Source: Eledone cirrhosa (taxonomy: Eukaryota). Taken from it: a DNA stretch of 64,000 nt. The notes below the pieces were generated by a model that saw only the letters and a program-made list of their open reading frames with translations, was not told the origin of the DNA and searched no databases. The translations under genes and the position numbers were made by a program. Below are positions 14,601 through 28,259 of the stretch, in pieces. The first letter of the stretch is position 1. Every line of letters begins with the position of its first letter. The DNA is taken from the NCBI GenBank assembly GCA_964016885.1, contig OZ024743.1, forward strand, positions 273,420,001 through 273,484,000, written 5' to 3'.

Positions 14601-16652
14601 TTTTGGCCAAGGTGTTAGCGAAGGGGTTGTTGCTTGTCGTCGGGAACCTGGTGGGAGAATCGCAGACATGCGCAATCCCGTCCAGGTCGATAAACAACAA
14701 ACTCCACCTCATGCGATACATCGTAGAGAGGGTAGGGAACGAACCCGGCTTTGGTGAGGCCCTGATCAACTTGGATCAATCTAAGGCGTTCGATAGGGTC
14801 GACCATCGGTAACTGGATGCGGTGCTCGCGGCGGCAGGCTTCGGACCCGTCAGGTGCTGGATTGCTGCAATGCACATCAGCAACACCTGCTCGAGGGTCA
14901 AGGTAAACGGCTACCTCTCGGAGCCGTTCCAAATCGCGCTATCCATCCGACAGGGATGCCCTTTCTCCTCCCATCTGTATGTGCTGGCTCTCGAGCCACT
15001 ACTTCGGAAGTTGGAGCTGTTGCAGGGAATCCCCTTGGAACTAGGATTGCGGGAAATGGTGTCGGCCTACGCCGATAACATGAAAGTAATGGTGTCGTGC
15101 GCTTCGGAAATCGTGCAGATCGGCACCTAACTGGAGGAATGCGAAAGGTTTACAGGAGGCAAGCTGAACCAGGACAAGTTCGTCGGTTAGCAAATCGGAA
15201 CGTGGGGAGTGAAACCGATGCCCTTCGACGGCGTCGTCGGAGGCTGGACGGAGGGACCGATGAAGCTGCTCGGGGTCTGGTTCGGACTGGACCTCCAGGT
15301 GGAGAAAAACTGGGACCAGGTAACGGCCAGGGTGTTTGCACTCGCTCAGAAGTGCAAACTATCCCTGAAAGGTCGAGCGGAGGTGGCTAACACTTATATA
15401 GCGTCCGTCATCTACTACCGCTTGACTGTCGTGCCTTGCCCAACGAAAACGTTCGCCAAAATGGAGCGCGCGTTCTTCCGATTCCTTTGGAAGAAGCGGG
15501 CCCCTTTGGTGAGAAGATCCATCTGCTGTCAAGACCCTGCGAACGGAGAGCTGGGGATGCCTTGGCTGACGATGCGTAGACACGCATTAAGGCTATGGCA
15601 CCCCTAGGAATTCCTCACTGGTCGGCTGGTGTGGGCGAGCCTTTCCGAGACTCGTCTCACTCACCGAGCTGCAATCCTGGGTCAAGCAAAGACCGAGAAA
15701 AGTGGGCGACTGGCACATTGAATGTGCCCAGGCGCTCACAGCCATCTGGCAAGCGGATCCGGCAATCAGTGGAGACTCAACCTCAACATTATATAGAGGA
15801 TTGGTCCGCAGCAGGTGCGACGACGCTTTCGGAGAGAGCTCTGCGCATGGAGGAAGACGAGCTAGCCAGTCTGTTCGGTAGGACGTTTGGCCCGAGACCG
15901 ATGGACAACTTCCAAAAGTCATGGCTTGGTAGTGCTACTGAGGAGCTCTACCCGTTCGGCACAAGCGCTACAGACACAGGCGCCCCTCGAAGAAAATCTG
16001 TCCGAGATGCGTGCGTGACGAGAAAACCGCCGCGCACGCATTCGTACACTACCCGGGCGTTGCTGACCTGTGGAGCTATGTGGAACGACTACTGTCGCGG
16101 GTGGGACCAATCCGGTTGACCACCGAGTACATTGTCACCATGAAACCGCCTCCCCCCATCAACAACGAAGGATAGGCGGTTTTGCTCTGTGTGATAGCTA
16201 TGGCGAAAGAGGTTGTATGGTGGACGAGGTTGAAAGGGCTGAGGTTAGACACTTTTCTCTCCGGCCAACAACTGGTCTCTTTTTCAAGTACCATTTTAGA
16301 AGAAGGATCAGAATGGAGAGACAAGTGCTCTACCCCAGCAAGTTTTATGAAAGGTGGGTGAAAGTGGCGAAAATGGTCCGAGTGAATGGGCCCTCTCTCT
16401 ATATAAGGTGAGAGAGGAGAAGAAGGAAGTGAGGAAAGGATCACCCGCTCTATGTGATCCTGAGGAGGAGGGTTGCACATTTTTTTCGGGGGTCTGTGCG
16501 ACCCACGTCAATGCCCCCTCCCTATTGAGGACTTCGATTGTTGAATTTGACTTATTATATGTTTTTACAGCTCCTCTGAAATGTATGTAAACTCCCCAAC
16601 CCCCTTGTATTTGTCCCAATCTATGATGCCCTGGTGGTAAATAAATAGAAAG
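11626..16652 (+). mobile_element. Near full-length decayed Tx1/L1-clade non-LTR retrotransposon
   Basis: 5' leader with GACGTGTTT..GCTCC; low-complexity ORF1 remnant (about 11815-13100); ORF2 APE-RT-zinc finger; 3' end aataaatagaaag running into (TA)n; 5' boundary approximate. Confidence 0.85.
13209..16411 (+). pseudogene. LINE ORF2 (AP endonuclease, reverse transcriptase, C-terminal Cys/His region) with many stops and frameshifts
   Basis: MAVIRVGCLNVRGL, DVIAICES, GDCN, SYLDRFLV; PGLDGLP.E, NFRPITLL, NLDQSKAFDRVDH, IRQGCPFS, AYADN, LLGVWF, LSLKGR, GELGMP, CPRC...HAF. Confidence 0.9.
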
Positions 16653-16701
<49 letters not shown>

Positions 16702-17496
16702 TGTTAAAGCTCGACGATATTGATGATGTCATTCCAGTAACATTATAAAGAGCATTATAGAGCATTTTTCATAGAAATGGTGAACCATTAATATAACACC
16801 GAATAGGCCCGCCATCCTCGAATCAAATCTCTTCTCTGATATCTGTTAGTGTTTGCCGTTATCCTGTTATCATATAGCTACTTTTGGAATTCGTACCTGA
16901 TGAAATCGCCTAACTCTTCCATGATGATTGGAGGATATAACTAAGTCATTGAAATACATTTGTGTTTTTCAACTTTAACGTTCGTGCGTATCTCCTTGTT
17001 CCACCCTTCTGTTGTTTTGTCCTTAGCTACAACTAACAACCAAACCCTTACGCCATACAATTCTGGGTTCTTACTATTTCAAATAAAACATCTTATTCTG
17101 TTTAGTTATAATTTGAAATCGTTATTCACTAGTCTCTTCTACTTTATCTCTTCTTCCTTCGTCCTTTACTCCACATTGCCTCGTCTAAAATCCTACCTAC
17201 ATTTTTGTCTTAAACATTTCGTCAAACCCAACTACAATTACGTTTATGCAAATCGCACCCCGTAAGGCTTCCGCTGCATTAGAGTCACTTTCACACTCAT
17301 AGAGATTAAAGAATTCTTCCGGCGTGCTATGTTGTGTTTTTTTCCATGAAGATTTGACGCTTCTAATAGCAACTTTTGTCAACCACAGGGATGAACACTC
17401 CACACTCCACATATTTACATATTGTTAACTTTCATGTTGGTAGTTAACAAATACATACGCATACACACACACATACACACACACATACACACACAT

Positions 17497-17529
<33 letters not shown>

Positions 17530-18063
17530 AATATATATATGTATATAGTAATAATAATAATAATAATAATAATATATATATATATACATAAAAAAGTGCG
17601 CTAAGTAGTACAATGTTACCATAAATTTATACCTGTATATATAAAAAGAGGGGACCGAGACTGCCTTAATATATTTATATTTAAACATTTTTAGTTGGTA
17701 AACATGATGGCATACCAAATATACGTATTCTTCTATAAAATGAATAAATAGTAAATACCTCCAACCGGTTTTCCATTAATATATCTTAATTAATTACCCC
17801 TATAACGATCACGGTATGCAAATTAGTACGTCCTTCTACAAGAAAATATAGGTTATATAAGCCCCTCGCTTATGCACTGCGTTTTGGTTGTTTAGATGAT
17901 ATACATTGATTCTGATGAAATCTCTATTTGGCTCGAAAACCGGATAATTGTGAGCTGGTTGGAATTGTAATAATACATTGCATTTTTCTGTTAGATGAAA
18001 TCCAAATTGGCTATTTATTAGTCGTGTATTCCAGTTATATAACAGTGATTATATGTGCTTTGA

Positions 18064-18691
18064 TTTGTCAGTGTTGAAAAAAATGGCAACGATGGTTGCC
18101 GAACACTGTACGGCTAATAATTCGGACTGTTTGTGAACAAACAAACCGAGAATTATAATAAATGTTCGGTAAACCAAATACGTACATATATATATATGTG
18201 TGCATGTATGTATGTATATATATACTACTTTAAATCTGTATACATATATGTGTGTACGTATACATAGTTATATTTAAGTATCAGCTGTACAAAAACTGAG
18301 AAATGAAATTTCATTTTTTCCATTTATCGTTTTCGGTACGCACGGCCGACTAACTCACTCGATATGCAAATTAGGCTACTCAGCCGTTAATATGCATAAG
18401 GAAAGTATATACTTTCAAATGTTCAATCAACTAACAGGAAGCTATACGGTGCTGATGACAGCTAATAAGCTAGAAACTAGTTCATCGTACCTTTGACAGT
18501 ATTGAACAAAATGGCAACGATGGTTGCCGAACACTGTACGGCTAATAATTCGGGCTGTTTGTTCACAAACAAACCGAGCATTATAAGAAATGTTCGGTAA
18601 AGCCATACCTACATATATATATGTGTGCATGTATGTATGTATATACATACTGCTGTACGTCTATATACATTTATTTATGTACGTATACATA

Positions 18692-18700
<9 letters not shown>
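18064..18700. repeat. Two diverged direct repeats of about 210 bp (18064-18272 and 18492-18700)
   Basis: aaatggcaacgatggttgccgaacactgtacggctaataattcgg...aaatgttcggtaaa...gtgtgcatgtatgtatg occurs twice. Confidence 0.85.
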
Positions 18701-18777
<77 letters not shown>

Positions 18778-18778
<1 letters not shown>

Positions 18779-18937
18779 GTTATTCCTGGTTGAATCGGAG
18801 GTAACCACAGTAAGTAAGGTACTCAATACATTGCAGAGTATAAAAGTTTTAATATAGATGAAATTCTACAGGACTAGAACTGTTTCATTCTTTAGAAATC
18901 ATAAAGAATGAAACGGTTCTAGTCCTGTAGAATCTCA

Positions 18938-18944
<7 letters not shown>
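18778..18944 (-). mobile_element. Miniature fold-back PLE terminal fragment between (TA)n arrays
   Basis: 43-bp inverted arms 18852-18894 and 18902-18944 (2 mismatches) plus a minus-strand tail containing attgagtacc; (TA)n on both sides. Confidence 0.55.
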
Positions 18945-19029
<85 letters not shown>

Positions 19030-19682
19030 TGTATATATATATAAATATGTATATTTATAAATATGTATATTTATAAATATGTATATATATATATATAGAT
19101 ATAGATATTTCTTTATTAGCCACAGGGGCACAAAAGAAGGGGACAAATACAAAGAGGGAAGTTTACATACAATAAAAACGTGTAAAATGTTATCACAAAT
19201 ATATATATATATAGATAGATAGATAGATAGATAGATATACAAGAACTTTTGTATTCATACGCCGGCGTTGTGATTTCTACCACTGTTGTTATGACTACCT
19301 CATACTACGTTCTCCATCTTTGTATGAAATAGCAGGCGATCATAGATTTATATGTACGAATATATAAATATCCCGCAAAACAGACGCACTTATAAAAATA
19401 AAGATTTACAGACATGCATTCACCCATTCTTAAGTGGTAATAGGTATGCTATATTTTTATCGCTATACACATAGCTTATATATCATTGTATATATATACG
19501 TTCATATATTTCCATCGTTCTACATAACGTTTATATTTCTAGTCTTTCATATATTTCAAACACATTTATTTCAAAGAGTTTTTCCCCGTGTCAGCTTTGT
19601 TTATTTTTTCGTTTTAACATAATTATTTCTAAGATTTCACAGTAGAGATAACATATATTTATACATGCATGACAGAAAGTGA

Positions 19683-22600
19683 ACATGGGACGCAGCAAAC
19701 ATTCCTCATCTAAATCCCAACGTTTGACAGCAGACGCACAACGGCAAAGAGAGACAAGGGCAAATCAATCTAACAATAATCGCTCTACAACATCACAACA
19801 AATTTCTACAAACACATCAACAACAACTTGCAACAGATACACCGAACGTTCAGAGAGGAAGGAACAGGTCAATTGAAGGTCTGGCAAAGAATCCTACAGA
19901 TGAACCTTTCCAGGTTCCATTATGCCACAACATAATGCCGGGAGTCTCTTTGCCGCTGTATGTCAGGACTGCAAATCTTACCGCTGGCCACATGAACCCA
20001 AATCTTTGTGCTGCTTCCAGAGAAAAGTGAAACTCCCTCAACTTCCTCCTCCTCCACCAAATATTCTGAAATATTTCGATCTCACTCAAGCTGGAAATTC
20101 CTTTCTCCATAAGATACGTGCATGTACCATTGTGCTTGCCTTAGCTTCAATTGGTTGATAAAAGCACCAGGATTTAGTCCCACATTTAAAATCCAAGGTA
20201 AGGTTTGTCGAGTTATTCGATCATCTCGTCCAAGTGATGCTTCACCCAAGTTTGCGCAACTTTACTTGTATGATACAGATCATGACCTTCAGAATCGCTT
20301 GCATCATGCTAATTTAGAGGCTGCTGTCCTGCAGGACCTGCAAGGGGACTTAAATTACTGCAACACCTATATAAGAAGAGTCAAGAAATCATTGAAATGC
20401 CAGTCTCTGAAAATGACATACTGAAAAGAAATGTCCTTGGAAATGTTGTATACAATAGAGTGGCAGAAACGAGGCCTCACTCATACTCATATTCTGCTGA
20501 TAATGGCTGAATATTGCAGCCCCAAAACTGCAGATGTCATTGATCAGGTAGTGTACTGTGAGATTCCTGATAAAGAGACCAATCAAATTCTGCATAAGAT
20601 CATCACATCCTGCAACATTCATGGCCCACATGGACAAGCTAATATGATGGAAGAGCTAGGACAACAATGCCATTGCTCAGAAAGTTATCACAAGGCATTC
20701 AGACAAAACACAATTGTTGCCGGAAATTCCGTTCCGGAGTATAGAAGGAAAGATAGACAGCATGGTAGTCACACCCATACATTCCAGCTTAAAGATCAAG
20801 AATTTACTGATGATAATCGTTGGATTGTTCCATACAACCTTTTCCTCTCATTGAGATATCAGTGCCTCATCAATTGTGAGGTTGTCCAGTGTCAAGGCTG
20901 TTAAGTACTTATATAAGTACATCACAAAAGGATCGTCAAGATCACTTTGACTATTAAGGATGATGAAGGAAATTGAGTCCATGCCCAAAATGAGATTGAG
21001 ACCTATATCAATGCATGGTACATCTCAGCCAGTGAAGTATTCTGGAAAATCTATGAATTTCTGTTACATCATCGGAAATTGCCAGTTGAAAAGTTGGCTT
21101 GCCATTTACCTGGGGAACAAATGGTCGTGTATGAGCGAGGGCAGGTAGAAAGTCTTGTTTTAGTGGACAGCTAACGACTAATTAGACGGAATATTTTTAA
21201 CTGAATATTAGAGACACACTGGCACAAAACATATTGTATATTGATATTCCTAAATATTTCACTTGGACAAACAAAAAGTGTCAAAGAAGAAGAAGAAAGA
21301 GACATCTGGATGGTGATCAACAATTTATGAGTGAATCACTTGACACATTCCAACAGTATCTCTCAGTAGACATCAATCTGAATTATATTACCTCAAGATG
21401 ATCCTACATCACAAGGCTAGGTCAACTTTACACAAAGGTTTGAGGACAATTAAAGGAGTTGAATTTCCAATATTCCAAGAAGCATGCAGGAAACTTGGTA
21501 TGTTGGATGAAGATGGAGAAAAGGACAAAGCTATGGAAGAGGCCACATCCATTAGGTTTGATCCTCAACTGCGAGCGTTCTTCTGCACCATTTTATTGTA
21601 CTGCATGTCAAATGACCCTCTGCTGTTCTGGAATAAATAGAAGAATTGTCTTGCAGAGGATATCATGCATGAACGCCATGAGCAAGTAATGTCCATGCAA
21701 ACCGTGCAGATTCTTCTACATATCATACAACAAAGACTTCAACATGATGACGTGGATATTCATATAAACTATAGACTTCCTCGGCCAGATCCAACTATTG
21801 TTGCCATACCAAAAATCAACAGAGTTCTTATGGTAGAAACTGATTTCAATACACACCAACTGCAAGCAAACATAAATGAACTTCTGCCAACATTGAATCC
21901 TGAGTACCTGGTTATTTTTCACAAAGTAATCACCTCTGTAAACTAAAATAAAGGTAAAATGTTCTGTTTGAATGCAAATTCTGACATAGGAAAGACCTAT
22001 GTCAGCAACATCACATTGGATTAACTCGGATCTAAAATCAAATTCCTCCTGCCACTGCCATATCTGGAATAGCAACCATTTTGCTTCACAAAGGTAGAAC
22101 TCTTCATTCCAAGTGCAAGATTCCTCTCAATGTGACTGCTGAATCAATTTGCGTCTTCACAGGGATGACACAGGTAAACTTATGCAGCAAGCTGACCTGC
22201 TAATCATTGATGAGATAGGTATGGGACATAAGCATATCTTTGAATGCCTTAACAGGAGCTTCAAAGATGTTCGAGATTGCAAAAAGTAATTTGATGTTCT
22301 AACAGTAATAATATCTGGCGACTGGAAGCAAATTATTCCAGTTGAACATCTTGGTGCTAGACCACAAATAGTTGAAACAACCATCAAGAGATCTTATCTT
22401 TGGGACTATGTGGAAACCATGGAGATGACAACCTATCAACGGCTACTTAATGCAGGGGATTCTGATGAAAGACAGTTTACAAACTAACCTTTTGATTTGG
22501 GAAATTGTAACATTCCAACTGAATCACCTCTAGGCACATTCACAATTTCTCTGCCAAGTGAACCTTGTCTGGAATATGGTAATGTGCCTGGACTGTGTGA

Positions 22601-23888
22601 TTGTGTGTATACAAATCTTCCAGGAAACTATACATACCCACTATGGCTTGCAGATAGAGCCATTATCACTCTAAAAAATCATGCAGCAAGATTGGCGTTC
22701 ATGTTCATGTTCAACAGGTTCCTTGGTCATGAAATAATCTACAGAAGCTCAGATAAGATTCACTAGATAATTGTTTCTACTTTAGGCACAAGGCCAGCAA
22801 TTACCCAGTGCATTACTGGTACTTTATTTTATCGACCCCGTAAGGTTGAAAGGCAAAGTTAACCTCGGCGGGATTTGAACTCAGATCGTAAAGGGACGTA
22901 ATTATTCTGGAAAGCATGGCGTCCGGCCCTCTACCGATACTGCCAATTCATATCCAATTGAGTTCATCAACAAACCTACCCTATCAGGCTTCCCAACACA
23001 CACACTTAAACTGAAGAAAGGCAGTTGCATCGTGCTTCTGAGAAATCTGGATCCTCTAAACGAGCATTGCAAAGATACGCGTTACATTATCATCAGTTTA
23101 CATAATCATGTAATTGAAGCTGAAGTAGTGTTGGCTCCCAATGCCGGAAGAAGTTTGCTAATCCGAAGGATACCTCGTGTGTCTCAGGAGCTTCAGTTCC
23201 CTTTCACCTGTACTCGCAGCCTTTTCCCTTGCATGCAACAAGAGCAGACATTTAAAAAGATAGGTGTATATCTACCAACACAATTCTTCTCACACGGTCA
23301 GATGTATGTTGTATTATCAAGAATTACAAAAAAAAAAAAGAAAATATAAAAATATTAAATAAAAGGGATCTGTTTGATAACAACTGTATCGACAAAGAAA
23401 TTCAGTAATGTGAAACGGCTATCATTCTCTTTTAATTGAAATGCATTTCAGTTTCATTTTAATTGTTAGAATAGTGACACGACAAAAACTTTAAATGGCT
23501 ATTTGTAAATACAGTAAAACAAGAATATAGCGAAGGTCAACAGTTCAAATTGGTAAATGTAATTCATTCCTTCACACCAGCAGCATTTATTTTCAAATTC
23601 ACTGCTTGAAGCTTCCCATCGACATCCTCATGTGAAGATTCATGAACATTTTCCGTCAACATCTTCATCGCTTTTCCATCTTCATTATCACCTTTTAAAA
23701 CAAAATGTATAATGGATTACTTTACTGATTACAGAAGTAAATTTAACACTTTCTTTATTAATTTATGTGCATATTGTCAATTTACCTTTCAATTTACATA
23801 TCATATCTATATTCATATATATTTGCGTGTATCAATATGCACACTATATATGCTAGCAGAAAACCGACCGGGGTGGTTCTTCTGCTAG
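19683..23888 (+). mobile_element. Decayed Helitron (Rep plus Pif1-like helicase), internally deleted; 5' end not defined
   Basis: FKIQG..PKFAQLYLYD; Rep motif 2 YTIEWQKRGLTHTHILL; DNRWIVPYN; VKYLYKYITKG; helicase GKTY, IIDEIGM, GDWKQIIPV, LRNLDP, FSHGQMYVVLSR; ends with a hairpin and CTAG|T at 23885-23889. Confidence 0.9.
22768..22950 (-). mobile_element. tRNA-derived SINE family A inserted in the Helitron helicase
   Basis: Minus strand has A box TGGCAGTATCGG, B box GAGTTCAAATCC and central gcctttca.cct..ggggtcgataaaat..gtaccag (Meta-like domain); helicase reading resumes with YPIEFIN..SGFPTH. Confidence 0.9.
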
Positions 23889-24039
23889 TATAATGATAAT
23901 CCTTAAATGACTCTATTCAATATTTGGCTATTGCATTCGATTTAAACTTCCGGCAGAATAATAGAATGCTAAATTTATTGCACCGTTACTGCACGTAATG
24001 TTTTTATCCTTTGATTTCATTACGATGCAGGGTCATCGT

Positions 24040-24113
24040 TCCTTTTACGGGGTCGATAAAATAAAGTACCAGTACTGAGTAATTGCTGCTCTTGTGCCAA
24101 ATGTAGAAACAAT
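24040..24113 (+). mobile_element. 5'-truncated SINE family A
   Basis: acggggtcgataaaataaagtaccag...cttgtgccaaatgtagaaacaat. Confidence 0.8.
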
Positions 24114-24149
24114 CATTTATCTTCCTGTTATCTAAGATTTGTTTTTCAG

Positions 24150-24172
24150 ATTTAATTTGAAGAACATTTCGG
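24150..24172 (+). CDS. Candidate 23-nt microexon continuing the 8285-8481 exon (K-FNLKNIS)
   Basis: ttgtttttcag|ATTTAATTTGAAGAACATTTCGG|gtaaga; compatible with the phase-2 end of the upstream exon and has no stop. Confidence 0.25.
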
Positions 24173-27100
24173 GTAAGATGTATAATGTATGTTCTAATTT
24201 AAATTGTGAAATTAACTCTTCATAGTCACATTATCTACAATAGTATTTCTAAGCAAAAGAAACGACACACATTTCTAATAATATAGTTCAGTTAATTGTT
24301 AAATAAGTTTTATATCTCAAGTATATTCTGAAAATGTCAGTTTACAGTTAATACGATTTAGAAGATTTTAAATGTCACAGCTGCCGCTTATTAAAACTAA
24401 TTTGGTCAAAAGAACCAGAAGTGAACATTACAGAGGAGGGCTCTTGGATAATGTAATGGCATAATAATTTATATCTTAGATAAAATTGGCCTGAGAAGCT
24501 GGAGGTAATTGGTGTATCAACATTCTTCATCTATCTTCAGGTTGAATCGCAAACCTATTCCAATTATTCTAAGTATGTATGCCTAAACTGTTATTGAAAT
24601 ATATAGACCATCCAGCAATGTTGATAGAATAGTGTTTTTCTCAACTGAAATTATACCGGAACAAGTGTTTCTTTGAGAAAAGACAGAAACGCACGACGTT
24701 TTACAAGATGAAGTATGGACAAATGCTCAAGCCAATTTCTTTTCTATTATGAAGTTTCTGAATTGATCCGACTGATGGACTTTATGAAAAGGTGTATTTT
24801 CTCAAAGAAGTCGTTCGACGTAAACTTCTGAGAGAAATTGGATTGAAACAAACTGAACGGATCCGTCCGCCTGGTGCAAATTCATGCCGAACACACAGGT
24901 CTCAATGCATTAATTCATTTAGCAGATGAATTCAGATGGTCTTAAAATTGAATACACGGAACAGCTGGACATCTATTTCTTTCGTTTTATGTAGCAACAA
25001 CATAAATAAAAATGATCACATGTGAGATTTCGTAAGGAAACAAAGGCAGAAATATAATATGTAAGTAGATATAATTTTGAACATGCATTCCCTACATTTT
25101 AGTGACATTGAAGGCATTGTTTCATTCCATAATTCTTATCGCAGCTTCTGCTGACATTGGTAAAATAAGATATAACATGTGAAACGTTTCCAGATATTTA
25201 TTTACGATTGCGTTGGAATTATCGGGGCAATGTTGGAATTATCGGGGCAATGTAAATTAAAGAGTCAAAGCTGGAGAAAATTATATGAACACGAACGTGA
25301 ACATCTGTTTAAACTTTACCTTCAACACCAAACCTCACTTCCTTCATTCGAAAACGGTCCTAACTTCGAAATATCTGGTAAAATATTAAACTTGTTTTTG
25401 CTTTCTTAGGTTGCACGATTTATTCAAATTTGCATTTCATCGGCTTTACCGAAACAATTGTATCCAAAAGACATGGCTAAATTTTTAATGGATTTCATAG
25501 GGCATTTAACGTTGACGACCAAATAATATTTAATACAACAGTTAAAAGTTAGATATTTCACGTAAGTGAAGCATTAAGGATGCTTGTATATATTCTATAG
25601 TTCATTACAACGTGTTGAATGTTTGCAGATGGGAAATAGAATAAAGGGTATTGTTATAATATTGTAGAAATTCTGCCTAAATATTATGTTCATTACTTAG
25701 GCGTGTTTGAACAATTTGAATGCCGTTTTTAACCCATCGCTGCCCTTTTATTCATTTCAATAGATGCTGTCTCCGGTTCATAAATTCTTCCTTTGCATAT
25801 TCATGCATTCATCTTGAACATCATACCATCATTTTCCTTTTATCATAATGCATTGTTATTTAGTAGGTTATAATATAACCTAATATTGTTTTTATGAAAT
25901 ATTAATATTTATTCAGGCTGATTGGAAAATACAATTTCTTTAAATCAATTTTTCTTTACAGATTGCAAGTATTTTCCTCTCTTTTAGCGTGGAATCATTG
26001 TAGGTATTTTGACATATCTTCTAACAAATTAATAGCATAAAATATTTATGTTGTAGAGGATTTATATCTTCAAGCTGATGATATTGTGTCAGGTTGCACG
26101 TTACAGAATATGAGCATATTTCCTAAATTCTAGAAAATATATTCAATATAGCTTATAACGAGTACAGCCTTTAAGGATGTGATAAATCGATTACAACATT
26201 TACCAGTTTTCCTAAATAATACTGAGTTATATTATTTTAACTCAAAGGAATTCACTTTTTAAAAACATTTCTTTGTAAAATGTTTATTTAATTTTTCACT
26301 ATTAATGTAACATTTCAAAAAACATTAATCTGCAATATGATAAAATCGAATGAGTCTTCGTCATTAAATGTATTTTAGCGAACTTTACCTCATGAGATTT
26401 AAATGTGAAGAAACCACAAAATGAAATTGCAATTTTAGGAAATGGAATTTTGTCATTTTACTCAAACCTAAATCGTTATGACTTCCATTAACTTTTTTAT
26501 AATGTTCATTAGCATTTTCACGGAGAAAGTATGTTATCTAATACATTTATCAAGCCGATCATATTTCCACTTCTGGAATGATTTTAACAAATTTCAATCT
26601 GAAATCTATAAACTAAGAAAATGCTCATTAAGTTGCACTTATCGGACTAATACCAAATTATCGATCCATTAGTAATCGGTTAGATTAAAATCATTACAAT
26701 AGCAATACCGAAAGTTGTAGCCTAGATATGATAATCGCAAAACGAGGAAACATATTGTTAGACGGTTCTTCGCCATTATATAAGTAACATTCGTTTTATT
26801 TTCTTTCTTTGTACATACATTATTACTATCCTTTCCCTCATGACTGACCTGCAGTTTAAACCCAGGAACCTCACTCCCCAAATCATGGGCCTCGCATGTT
26901 GGATTGTGGAGAATCTGGAATCACTCATATTTTTCCGTCTTCTCTCTACATACCATTCATTTTGTCACAATGCATTTTCACAATAGAATGGTCTAAATCA
27001 ACAGCAAATAAAGGGCCTTGACAAAGAAAACATCTAGATCCATCAAATCTAGATGCCAGACTAAATGAACGTATGGCTGTGAGCCTAAAGTCCCTAACCA

Positions 27101-27888
27101 GTAAGCCACACAATTTAACGTAGATACTTTAAAAAAATGCAGAGATTAAGAGTTCCTGACAATTTAATTTAAAGTAAATGTTGGGTTCATTTATGTCAAT
27201 CAGTGTAGGCAATTGTATTATTTGCAAACTTTGCAAAACATTTTTCATTTGGTTGTGTGTGTATGGTGGATAACATTGAAATTACATAGCAAGACACATA
27301 GCATGAAAAATATGAATTTTACTGCAGCTGTTATTCATATATATTAGCTTATTAATAGTAAATATAGTTTGCTCTGAGTGAATGAAATATGAAAAACAAA
27401 TTTCTGTGTAAGCAAGGATTAATATCAATTTTTATTACTAGATTTAAGACAAAATAACTTAAGTTGAAATTTTATGGAGCATATAAGATTAAATGTAATT
27501 TCATTCTCAAACAACGTACAAAAATAGAACTTTTAATCAGAATAATTTCATGATATCGCATAAACAATTCAATTAGAAATTAAATTTAAAATAAGATATT
27601 AAATGTACAAATATTTCAATGAAAAAAAAAAAATAATAATAAACGCAAATTAATCTTTAAACAAATGGTTTTTCAAAAATGCTGGGAACAGGTAGACTAG
27701 TATTTTTTGAATGAATCGCCTGGTTGTAAGAACGAAATCATCATTTTAATGAGCTGGCGTCATTGTAACTGGGTGAATTTCCTGTACATATTTGCGGATG
27801 CAATTAATGAACACTTCATACATGTTGTTTCTGGTAGTGAATAAATTGATTCAGTTCAGCAAAAACATGAATATTGCCTATAAATATT

Positions 27889-28074
27889 TGTGTCTACTTT
27901 AGGCACAAGGCCAGCAATTACCCAGTTCATTACTGGTACTTTATTTTATCGACCCCGTAAGGATGAAAGGCAAAGTCAACCTCGGCGGGATTTGAACTCA
28001 GATCGTAAAGGGACGTAACTATGCTGGAAAGCATGGCGTCCGACCCTCTACCGATACTGCCAATAACTTGCTAT
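27889..28074 (-). mobile_element. SINE family A, near full length, 19-bp TSD
   Basis: A and B boxes on the minus strand; aatattgcctataaatatt at 27870-27888 and 28075-28093. Confidence 0.9.
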
Positions 28075-28259
28075 AATATTGCCTATAAATATTATTAGGA
28101 AAACAATACTAAGATGATCATTATGTTATTTACTTATTAGCGTCAAACCACACTGACAAATTCACCATAAGAATGCACCTCCGAGATATATATAGTTTTA
28201 CTTCGGGAGGATATGCCGCCAATAAAAACATACAGACCTGTTTGTTTTCACTTCAAATT

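Noticed and set aside
16895-16965. CTGATGA...GAAA hammerhead candidate (similar weak hits near 7362, 29428 and 49365)
   Set aside because: No convincing stem I/II pairing or NUH site could be formed by eye.
22768-22950. tRNA genes at the A/B-box sites
   Set aside because: No cloverleaf; the boxes are SINE heads followed by a shared body and tail.
24640-24930. Coding-looking stretch (DPTDGLYEKVYFLKEVVRRKLLREIGLK)
   Set aside because: No consistent splice sites, stops in the adjoining frames, and no recognisable motif.
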